Positions 1 through 6,910 of a DNA stretch of 24,000 nt are shown one piece after another. Under the pieces are notes generated by a model. The model worked only from the letters and a program-made list of their open reading frames with translations, made no database searches and was not told the origin of the DNA. The stretch is from Aciduliprofundum boonei T469. Lineage in GTDB: Archaea; Thermoplasmatota; Thermoplasmata; Thermoplasmatales; Aciduliprofundaceae. Position 1 is the first letter of the stretch; every line of letters starts with the position of its first letter. A program made the translations under genes and the position numbers. Location of the stretch: positions 1,033,612-1,057,611 of the forward strand of contig NC_013926.1 of the NCBI RefSeq assembly GCF_000025665.1. The letters are read 5' to 3'.

Positions 1-2
1 AA

Positions 3-134
3 CATTTTGAAGAGGCTTTAGGGGTAGTACATCCTTCCTTGGATAAAGAAACAATAAAATACTACGAAAGCATTGGGTTAGAATTGAGTAAGGGTGTTAA
101 AGCCAAGAAGGAGGATTTGGGCTATTACTCGTGA
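3..134 (+). CDS. 3' end of a gene entering from upstream; C-terminus of an AAA+ ATPase of the Cdc48/VAT type (partial)
   Basis: Frame 3 is open from the window edge to TGA at 132-134: HFEEALGVVHPSLDKETIKYYESIGLELSKGVKAKKEDLGYYS*. The FEEAL..V.PS segment plus a short charged tail is typical of the end of the D2 module of archaeal Cdc48/VAT. The tail ends Y-Y-S (HbYX-like). Only 43 aa are visible. Confidence 0.5.
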   Translation, partial: HFEEALGVVHPSLDKETIKYYESIGLELSKGVKAKKEDLGYYS

Positions 135-143
135 GGTGATAGG

Positions 144-386
144 ATGAAGAAGTTCGTAACAGAATTGAGAGGCAAAACCGCTATGACGGATGAGGGAATG
201 ATCCTTGGCACTATTGATAATTTTGTGATTGATACGGATACAGGAAAAATAATGCATATGCTGATAATACCCGCAGAGGATTTTGATGCAAGAGGCTTTA
301 AAAAAGATGCTCAAGGCAGACTTATAATGCCGTTCCAAGCTATGCGTTCTGTTAGGGATGTAGTGGTGCTTACACTCAAAAAATAA
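144..386 (+). CDS. PRC-barrel domain protein (small archaeal type)
   Basis: 80-aa ORF. ATG at 144 is preceded by GAGGTGAT (132-139), a strong SD. The pattern L.GK.AMTDEG..LGTIDNFVIDTDTGKI..L matches stand-alone archaeal PRC-barrel proteins. Confidence 0.7.
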   Translation: MKKFVTELRGKTAMTDEGMILGTIDNFVIDTDTGKIMHMLIIPAEDFDARGFKKDAQGRLIMPFQAMRSVRDVVVLTLKK

Positions 387-1613
387 TTACTTATAGCGAA
401 GAATTGCAGCGATACCTCCAAACGCCTTTGCAAATATTTTTCCCTCTTCGCTTTCATTTGATATTAGCTCTACTTGAGTATTAAATTGCTCTGCAATATC
501 GTAATATTCCTCAATTAAATCTTTCTTTTCCACTATATCCATAGGTATTCCACAATCGGGACATATTTTCTCAGGAATCTCGCCTTTTATAGTTTCTTTC
601 ACCTCTTTACCGCACTGCGGACATCTCCAAGTGATCCTGTATTTTCTTAGACTATCAGAGATGAGAAGAACATCTACAGCCCCACGCTCCAATGCCTCTC
701 GTACTTCCTTCTCCCCATAAACTGCTAAGCCTCCATCTGGCTTTCTAATTTCCCTGAAAAACCTCCCTAGCAGTTGTCTCTCTTTAAACACCTCTAAATT
801 TTTTAATGTGGTGGAAGCCTTTTCTACAAGCTCGTGTAGCCCATATTCATCAGTATAGCCTACATCGAACACCTCTATTATTTTCTTCTTTAATTCGTGG
901 TGTAAGTAATCTCCTTTGAGAAATGAATCTTTCGTTCCTCCAGGGCCTCCTACCAATATGCCTTTTAATTTTTCCTCTGCAAGAAACACCTCGTTAGCTT
1001 TATCTCCAACTTTCTTGAAAAACTCGTGGACAGCTAGCTCAATCAACCTTTCAAACCTTCGCGATGATTGCCCACCTTGATGATGCTTGCTTGGAACCAT
1101 GCTGTCAAGATGCTTAACTACCTCAATTCTCGTTCCTTTTAAAAATCCGATTGTGGCCTCTTTTCTGTCTATAACAAGTAAACCATAGATATCCTTCTCA
1201 CCAAGCATGGCTTTTAAAGGCTCTAGATAGAATTTAGAATCACATTTGTATATGAAAGATTGCACCGGCTCTGGTGGCTCTAACACATAAGAGACCATCT
1301 CAGTCTGGTCACCTCTTTTTATAACATGCCCTACGAACACTACTAATCCATTGGGAGGAGGCATTTTGAAATACTTTAAACGGGACATGATGCTTTCAAT
1401 GGCACTCATAACATTCTTTCTCGTGGTCTTGCTTTTGATATTTGCAGATGTTCCATACTCGTCTCTCAAATAGGCGATTACATCAGATATGGGTCTCTTG
1501 GGGGGTATATAAACTGAGATGAGCTCTGTACCTCTACCCTCGTACTTCTCCAATTCTTCTAAGTAACGCCGAAATTCATAGTTTTTCCTTGCTTCCTCCG
1601 TATCCATACTCAC
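387..1613 (-). CDS. prf1: Peptide chain release factor aRF1
   Basis: 408 aa with a GTG start. NIKS motif ([10 protein letters not shown]) in domain 1 and GGQ motif ([11 protein letters not shown]) in domain 2. The C-domain has a CPQC...CPDC insert. The stop abuts the PRC-barrel stop with 0-nt spacing. Confidence 0.95.
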   Translation of the reverse strand: MSMDTEEARKNYEFRRYLEELEKYEGRGTELISVYIPPKRPISDVIAYLRDEYGTSANIKSKTTRKNVMSAIESIMSRLKYFKMPPPNGLVVFVGHVIKRGDQTEMVSYVLEPPEPVQSFIYKCDSKFYLEPLKAMLGEKDIYGLLVIDRKEATIGFLKGTRIEVVKHLDSMVPSKHHQGGQSSRRFERLIELAVHEFFKKVGDKANEVFLAEEKLKGILVGGPGGTKDSFLKGDYLHHELKKKIIEVFDVGYTDEYGLHELVEKASTTLKNLEVFKERQLLGRFFREIRKPDGGLAVYGEKEVREALERGAVDVLLISDSLRKYRITWRCPQCGKEVKETIKGEIPEKICPDCGIPMDIVEKKDLIEEYYDIAEQFNTQVELISNESEEGKIFAKAFGGIAAILRYK

Positions 1614-1700
1614 ACCTTAATTGGGTGAATTAGTCATATTAAATAAATATTAGCCCCTCCAAGGATAAAAATTTAAATTGTTTCCCGCAATTTTCCATAG

Positions 1701-2120
1701 GTGAAGCCTTACGAGATATTTGACCATACTGCAGATGTTGGCATAATAGTGCGTGGAGAATCCCTCGAAGAACTCTTTGAGAAGGCAGCTTATGGAATGT
1801 TTGATATAATTTTAAATGCAGATAAAATAGAGCCCGCTGGAAAGTACAAAGTTAAGCTTTCTTCCCCAACCTTGAATGATTTATTCGTTGATTGGCTCTC
1901 TGAGCTCCTTTATGTATTCTCAACTGAGCTCTTTGTAATGGGAAAATTTGATGTTAGGATAAAAGAAGATAAGAATGGATATTATCTTGAGGCAATATGC
2001 TGGGGTGAACCTTATAAAAGGAGGAAGCATGGAATAAAAACTGAGATAAAGGCGGTAACCTACCATGAATTGGTTGTGGATCCGGAGAAAGGTTATGCAA
2101 AGGTGCTTTTTGATATTTGA
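1701..2120 (+). CDS. Archease (RtcB tRNA-ligase cofactor family)
   Basis: 139 aa with a GTG start. The N-terminus YEIFDHTADVGIIVRGESLEELFEKAAYGMFD is the archease signature, and the size is typical. An AT-rich TATA-like stretch ATAAAAATTTAAAT lies about 25-35 nt upstream. Confidence 0.9.
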   Translation: MKPYEIFDHTADVGIIVRGESLEELFEKAAYGMFDIILNADKIEPAGKYKVKLSSPTLNDLFVDWLSELLYVFSTELFVMGKFDVRIKEDKNGYYLEAICWGEPYKRRKHGIKTEIKAVTYHELVVDPEKGYAKVLFDI

Positions 2121-2279
2121 TTCAAACCTTTTCTTGAGAATAAGGTGCCACAACCCAGCTTATAGTCATGTTTGCATCTTTAGAAGAGACCTCTATGGCC
2201 AAACCCTTCTGTGAAGGGCAACTTTGGAATTCACTTTGTTCCTTGCTCATTTCTCTCTCCACTCATTTCCTTTTAACTT

Positions 2280-2284
2280 AAAAA
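2280..2284 (-). terminator. Oligo-T run (T5 on minus strand) after the tRNA-Glu trailer hairpins
   Basis: The minus strand reads ...CTTTACCCGTAAAGAAATTTTTAAG. A T5 tract follows two hairpins. Archaeal RNAP terminates at oligo-T. Confidence 0.35.
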
Positions 2285-2285
2285 T

Positions 2286-2328
2286 TTCTTTACGGGTAAA
2301 GCCGCTTTCTTTCTAAGAAAAGGGCTTA
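2286..2328 (-). repeat. Intron-like sequence module forming the 3' trailer of tRNA-Glu (third copy of the module found in the two tRNA introns)
   Basis: Minus strand 2327->2286 reads AAGCCCTTTTCTTAGAAAGAAAGCGGCTTTACCCGTAAAGAA. It is identical at 34 of 42 positions to tRNA-Thr intron nt 2-43 (20286-20327) in an ungapped hand alignment. It also shares AAGCCC(C/T)TTT and GCTTTACC-NN-TAAAG with the tRNA-Glu intron. Confidence 0.7.
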
Positions 2329-2459
<131 letters not shown>

Positions 2460-2521
2460 ATCAAGATTTGATTTACATGCCTAATGCATGTTCAACCACT
2501 GGAACTTAAAGGCGTATAAGC

Positions 2522-3253
2522 ATGGTGAATATAAAATTTATGGCAAAGGTTAAAACGATGGTGCATATCTCCATAAATATGGATGTGTTTCTGGATATGA
2601 CCGGTACCATAACCGATATGGAGAGCGAGAACATGGCCTTTTTAAAAATGTGCGAGGCCATAGGTAAAAGATTCAATATACAAATGGATGGAAAAAAAAT
2701 TATGGAGCACATTTTGAGATACAGAAAGCCGTTTATGGAGAATAGACATAAAGAGTACTATCCTATAAGAAACCTCATAGCAAAGGCTATAGAAGAGATT
2801 GTACCTAAAAGATTATGCTCCTCAGATGTTTTTTGGATTATAGATTCTTACTCATACTATCATGCAAGATATGTAAAGCTTGGACCTGGTGCTTTAGAAG
2901 CATTAAAAGAGATTAGAAACATATCGGAACATATGGGGCTAATAACAGATGCCGATACCCCTTATACCAATAAAGTGTTGGAAGCTTTAGGAATAAAACA
3001 TTTTTTTGATTCTATCACAACGGCAGAGGATGCTGGAGTTGGCAAACCAAACCCGAAGATTTTCAAAATGGCTTTAAGACATTCTAAGAGCAATCCTAAG
3101 GTATACATAGGAGATTCAGAGTTTAGAGATGTGAAAGGGGCTAAAGATGTGGGAATGATTGCAATAAAAATAGGAAATAATAGTACAGAGGCAGATTATA
3201 CAGTTCCAAGTTTAAAAGACGCTATAAAAATATTAAAAACTCTTATTCGGTAA
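2522..3253 (+). CDS. HAD-superfamily hydrolase, subfamily IA-like; start uncertain (ATG 2522, 2558 or 2579)
   Basis: Motif I is FLDMTGT (nucleophile Asp present, D+2 position is Thr). Motif III is GVGKPNPKIF and motif IV is YIGDSEFRDVKGAKDVGM. A helical cap region lies between motifs I and II. Confidence 0.8.
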   Translation: MVNIKFMAKVKTMVHISINMDVFLDMTGTITDMESENMAFLKMCEAIGKRFNIQMDGKKIMEHILRYRKPFMENRHKEYYPIRNLIAKAIEEIVPKRLCSSDVFWIIDSYSYYHARYVKLGPGALEALKEIRNISEHMGLITDADTPYTNKVLEALGIKHFFDSITTAEDAGVGKPNPKIFKMALRHSKSNPKVYIGDSEFRDVKGAKDVGMIAIKIGNNSTEADYTVPSLKDAIKILKTLIR

Positions 3254-4064
3254 CATTTTCAACAACTTTTTTACCCTTATCGGTTATCTTTAAAAGTATT
3301 ATTTTATTTATCAAACCCATTTCCTGCAATTTATCGGTTATCTTCTTAAATTCATCTGGGGAAAGTTGATGTTTTCTAAGTATCTCGCCCACACTAGCAC
3401 CTTGGTTTATAAGTAAAAGAACTAATCTTTCAGTTTTACTAAGCTTAGATATTATTTGAGAGTACATATACTCTTCTACCATAAGATTGAACAACTGCCA
3501 GAAAAAGTCCCTTTTTAGTGGGGGTGTAATAACATAGATTTCTTTGATTTCATCCTCTTTTTTCTCCTTTATGTATATTACACCCACATTTGAGAATCCA
3601 GTGGATATCGTTCTCCTTTCTAATTTCAATATGTTTTCAACATTCAAAGTATAATTCGTTGGGGTGAAAATTAGCTCTGAGTTATCCACTCTTAAAAATC
3701 CCTTGCTCCACTCATCTCCAATTTTATAGCTTATGGAAATGGTCGAGGTTAATAGTGTGAGTAGAGCTTTTTTAAAATGCCTGATGCAACTGCCGTATCC
3801 TGAGAATAATGCATATATTTTCTCCCTGCTTATTATATCCAAAAATTCTATTAATAATGTAGAGCGCCCCTCTTTTATTGTCGGAAGTGTTATTCTTTTA
3901 TCCACACTTATTATTGATATTAGGGGAATTTTGTACTCTTTCTCCCCCACAATTATTATGTCCTTCCTCGTCAAGTATATCTTTCCCTGTAACCATGGCT
4001 TATCCGTATAAACTATAAACCCTCGTCCGTAGGGATATATGTATTCTACATCACATTCAACCAT
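3243..4064 (-). CDS. Hypothetical protein: two PH/GRAM-like (CheF/DUF439-like?) beta modules plus a C-terminal winged-helix DNA-binding domain
   Basis: 273 aa. ATG 4064 lies 5 nt after the receiver gene stop, with GAGGT about 9 nt upstream. Two similar units are visible: GKIYLTRKDIIIVGEKEYKIPLISIISVDKR and KGFLRVDNSELIFTPTNYTLNVENILKLERR. The C-terminus KTERLVLLLINQGASVGEILRKHQLSPDEFKKITDKLQEMGLINKI looks like a MarR/TrmB-type wHTH. The fold assignment is by eye only. Confidence 0.6.
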   Translation of the reverse strand: MVECDVEYIYPYGRGFIVYTDKPWLQGKIYLTRKDIIIVGEKEYKIPLISIISVDKRITLPTIKEGRSTLLIEFLDIISREKIYALFSGYGSCIRHFKKALLTLLTSTISISYKIGDEWSKGFLRVDNSELIFTPTNYTLNVENILKLERRTISTGFSNVGVIYIKEKKEDEIKEIYVITPPLKRDFFWQLFNLMVEEYMYSQIISKLSKTERLVLLLINQGASVGEILRKHQLSPDEFKKITDKLQEMGLINKIILLKITDKGKKVVENVTE

Positions 4065-4069
4065 TTATT

Positions 4070-4654
4070 CTACCTCTTAATAGTGACGAATACTTCGTAT
4101 TCCTCACCTACCTTTACATCATGTATCTTTAAATTGTCTCTAAGCTTTATCATATCCAAAAACCTATGCATTTCATTCAAGTCCTTAAATGAGAACTTGA
4201 GCATTCCTGAGCTGTAATCTAAGGTATCCAACACTTCCATTGCCCTATCTGCTGTAAGTGTTTGCATTGGCTCTTCCATTGCCTTCTTATAAAGATTTTC
4301 GTTTATCTTCTCCTCAAGCTCTCCTAATCTAAATGGCTTTACAAGATAATCATCTGCCCCAGCCTTCATTGCCTCTATCACAGTGTTCAAATCTTTTATT
4401 CCTGTGATGATTATTATAACCACCTGCTTAGAATGGGACCTTATGGATTTTAGCAGCTCCAAGCCGTGCACATCTTTAAGCATCAAATCCAAAAGAATTA
4501 CATCTACCCTCTCGCTTTTCTCCAAAATTGACATAGCATTTCTTGCATTCTCTGCAATTTTTACATTAAAACCTCGGTTGGATAGATACTGCTTTATCAC
4601 TTCTGCTAACTCTTTATTATCATCTATAATCACAACATTCAAGCTCCCATTCAT
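4070..4654 (-). CDS. Response-regulator receiver (CheY-like) protein with an uncharacterised ~70-aa C-terminal domain
   Basis: 194 aa. REC signature residues: IIDDN (acidic pocket), VILLDLML (phospho-acceptor Asp), IIITG (Thr), YLVKPF (Lys). The C-terminal part (LTADRAMEVLDTLDYSSGMLKFSFKDLNEMHRFLDMIKLRDNLKIHDVKVGEEYEVFVTIKR) matches no output domain I recognise. Confidence 0.85.
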   Translation of the reverse strand: MNGSLNVVIIDDNKELAEVIKQYLSNRGFNVKIAENARNAMSILEKSERVDVILLDLMLKDVHGLELLKSIRSHSKQVVIIIITGIKDLNTVIEAMKAGADDYLVKPFRLGELEEKINENLYKKAMEEPMQTLTADRAMEVLDTLDYSSGMLKFSFKDLNEMHRFLDMIKLRDNLKIHDVKVGEEYEVFVTIKR

Positions 4655-4718
4655 AGTTAAAGATTAAAAAAGAAAATATAAATTCGTTTCTAAGCCATTA
4701 TCAAAAACGATAATCAAT

Positions 4719-5621
4719 ATGGACATCATTTTTATACTCTTATCAAATACGCTTCTTGTGTATTATTTGCACATATTTGACCCGTGGAATTTTCCGCTAT
4801 GCACCTGCCCGGAAAAGTACAGCGTGGACCCGTATACTGGGTGTGAGCATAGATGCATTTATTGCTACATAACCTCTTACATCCCAGATCCATGGAGAGT
4901 TCGCCCAAAGAGAGATTTTCTCAGGCTCTTTGAGAGAGATTTGAAAAAAGCAAAAAAATTACCAATCTCGATGAGCAATTCTTCAGATCCTTATCCCAAA
5001 GTGGAAAGGGAGAAAAGAATAACAAGAGGAGCTTTAGAACTTATGAAAAAATATGATTTCCCTGTATTGGTACTCACAAAATCCAATCTTGTAGAAAGAG
5101 ACGCAGATATACTTTCCTCTATGAGCAGCGTGGTTGCAATAACGATTACAACCCTTGATGATAACTTGGCAAAGAGGTTAGAGCCCATGGCTCCAAGCCC
5201 GGAGAAGAGATTAAAAGCCTTAGAATATCTCGTTTCAAAGGGGGTGCATACAATAGTTAGACTCGACCCGATAATCCCAACCATAAATGATAATATACTG
5301 GAAATTGAACATTTGATTAAAGCTCTCGCTAACATAGGTGTTGAGCAAATAATAAGCTCCACATACAAGGCCAAGCCAGACAATTTCTCAAGAATAACTG
5401 GAGTGTTTAAGAACTCAGCTTACAAACTGAGAGAAATATACTACCAAGACGGGGAAATTGTAAGAGGGATTAGGTATGCTCCAAAAGAACTGAGATTTAA
5501 AATTCTAAAAAATGTGAGAGATTTGGCAAATAAATACGGCATACCTTTTTCAGTATGCAGGGAGGGGTTACCTCTCAATACCGCAAGTACTTGCGATGGT
5601 AGTCATTTGCTATATGTTTAA
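4719..5621 (+). CDS. Radical SAM protein, COG1533 (SplB / DNA-photolyase-like) family; true start may be GTG 4758 or TTG 4767
   Basis: FDPWNFPLCTCPEKYSVDPYTGCEHRCIYCY contains the CX3CX2C radical-SAM cluster motif in the P-Y-x-G-C-x-H-x-C-x-Y-C-Y context typical of COG1533. The odd hydrophobic 17-aa N-terminus suggests the ORF-track start is too far upstream. Confidence 0.8.
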   Translation: MDIIFILLSNTLLVYYLHIFDPWNFPLCTCPEKYSVDPYTGCEHRCIYCYITSYIPDPWRVRPKRDFLRLFERDLKKAKKLPISMSNSSDPYPKVEREKRITRGALELMKKYDFPVLVLTKSNLVERDADILSSMSSVVAITITTLDDNLAKRLEPMAPSPEKRLKALEYLVSKGVHTIVRLDPIIPTINDNILEIEHLIKALANIGVEQIISSTYKAKPDNFSRITGVFKNSAYKLREIYYQDGEIVRGIRYAPKELRFKILKNVRDLANKYGIPFSVCREGLPLNTASTCDGSHLLYV

Positions 5622-5645
5622 ATCCAATAAGGATATATCTTAATT

Positions 5646-6908
5646 ATGACCTACATAGATTTGAATTATCAGCCCAGAGAGAGTGATTTATTAGTTTGGT
5701 TCCGCGCTGAGCCACCTGCAGGCAAGGATATGAAGTATGTGGCGGATAGAATTGCGGAGGAATCATCCATAGGTACTTGGACAGACCTCAAAACCCTATT
5801 GCCTGAAATATGGGAAAAACTGAGAGCAAGAGTATATGAAATTGATGAGAAGAATAAGTATGTTAAAATCGCATATCCATTGCATTTATTTGAAATAAAA
5901 AATATGCCAGCAATACTGGCAAGTGTAGCCGGTAATGTATTCGGCATGAAGAGCGTAGAAGCCCTTCGTGTTTTGGATATAAGATTCCCAAAAGAGTTGA
6001 TTCAAGGGTATTTAGGACCAAAATACGGAGTACAAGGTGTAAGGGAAATGACCAAGGTCTATGATAGACCATTTCTCGGCACGATAATCAAACCCAAGAT
6101 AGGTCTACCTGCGAAAATGCATGCTGAAGTGGCCTATGAAGCATGGGTTGGGGGATTGGATATTGTCAAAGATGATGAAAACCTAGCTTCACAGGAATTT
6201 AACAGATTTGAAGAGCGTCTTGCCCTAACTCTAGAAAAGAAAGACATTGCAGAGGAAGAAACTGGAGAGAAGAAGATTTACCTTGTGAATATAACTGCCC
6301 CCTATAAAGAGATGATTCGCCGTGCAGAATTAGTGCAAGATTCTGGCAACGAGTTTGTTATGATTGATGTGTTCATATCTGGTTTCTCCGCGGTGCAAAG
6401 CTACAGAGAGGAAGGTTTTAAAATGGCCATCCATGCACATAGAGCGATGCATGCGGCGATAACAAGAAATCCTGAGCATGGGATAAATATGCTCACGCTT
6501 GCAAAAGTGTATAGGCTTTTGGGCGTGGACAATTTGCACATAGGTACAGCAGTGGGCAAGATGGAAGGAAGTGCAAAGGAAGTGAGCGAAATAAGGGAGG
6601 AAATACAGCTTGAGAATGTGCCCGCAAATGAAAGCAGATTTGAACAAAAATGGTATGAAATAAAACCCGTGCTCGCTGTTGCTTCTGGTGGTTTACATCC
6701 AGGCCATGTCCCCGCTGTAGTTGATATTTTAGGAAAGGATATAGTTATCCAGGCCGGAGGTGGAGTCCATGGGCATCCAGAAGGCACTAGGGCTGGTGCG
6801 AAGGCAATGCGAGAGGCGTTAGAGGCGAAGATGCAGGGTATTCCGCTGGAAGAATACGCGAAGGAGCACAAAGAATTGAGAGAAGCACTTGAAAAATTCT
6901 TACACTGA
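5646..6908 (+). CDS. rbcL: Ribulose-1,5-bisphosphate carboxylase/oxygenase large subunit, form III (archaeal type)
   Basis: 420 aa. Catalytic and substrate-binding motifs are present: EESSIGTW, AGNVFG, GTIIKPKIGL, DIVKDDENL (carbamylated Lys plus Mg ligands), IHAHRAMHAA, LHIGT, GKMEG, SGGLHPG, QAGGGVHGHP. It aligns end to end with my recollection of Thermococcus kodakarensis RbcL. Confidence 0.92.
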   Translation: MTYIDLNYQPRESDLLVWFRAEPPAGKDMKYVADRIAEESSIGTWTDLKTLLPEIWEKLRARVYEIDEKNKYVKIAYPLHLFEIKNMPAILASVAGNVFGMKSVEALRVLDIRFPKELIQGYLGPKYGVQGVREMTKVYDRPFLGTIIKPKIGLPAKMHAEVAYEAWVGGLDIVKDDENLASQEFNRFEERLALTLEKKDIAEEETGEKKIYLVNITAPYKEMIRRAELVQDSGNEFVMIDVFISGFSAVQSYREEGFKMAIHAHRAMHAAITRNPEHGINMLTLAKVYRLLGVDNLHIGTAVGKMEGSAKEVSEIREEIQLENVPANESRFEQKWYEIKPVLAVASGGLHPGHVPAVVDILGKDIVIQAGGGVHGHPEGTRAGAKAMREALEAKMQGIPLEEYAKEHKELREALEKFLH

Positions 6909-6910
6909 TC

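Noticed and set aside
2475-2491. Inverted repeat ACATGC-N5-GCATGT between tRNA-Glu and the HAD gene
   Set aside because: The arms are only 6 bp and there is no second copy in the window. I could not place a convincing TATA box for tRNA-Glu relative to it, so no regulatory claim is made.
6401-6871. 156-aa and 105-aa ORFs antisense to rbcL
   Set aside because: They are fully embedded in the RuBisCO gene, whose frame carries all catalytic motifs. The antisense products have no recognisable features.
5646-6908. Possibility that the RuBisCO homologue is a form IV RuBisCO-like protein (RLP) with a non-carboxylase role
   Set aside because: The KPK, KDDE (carbamylation Lys plus Mg ligands), HxHRAMH, LHIGT, GKMEG, SGGLH and GGG motifs are all intact. 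RLPs characteristically lose several of these.
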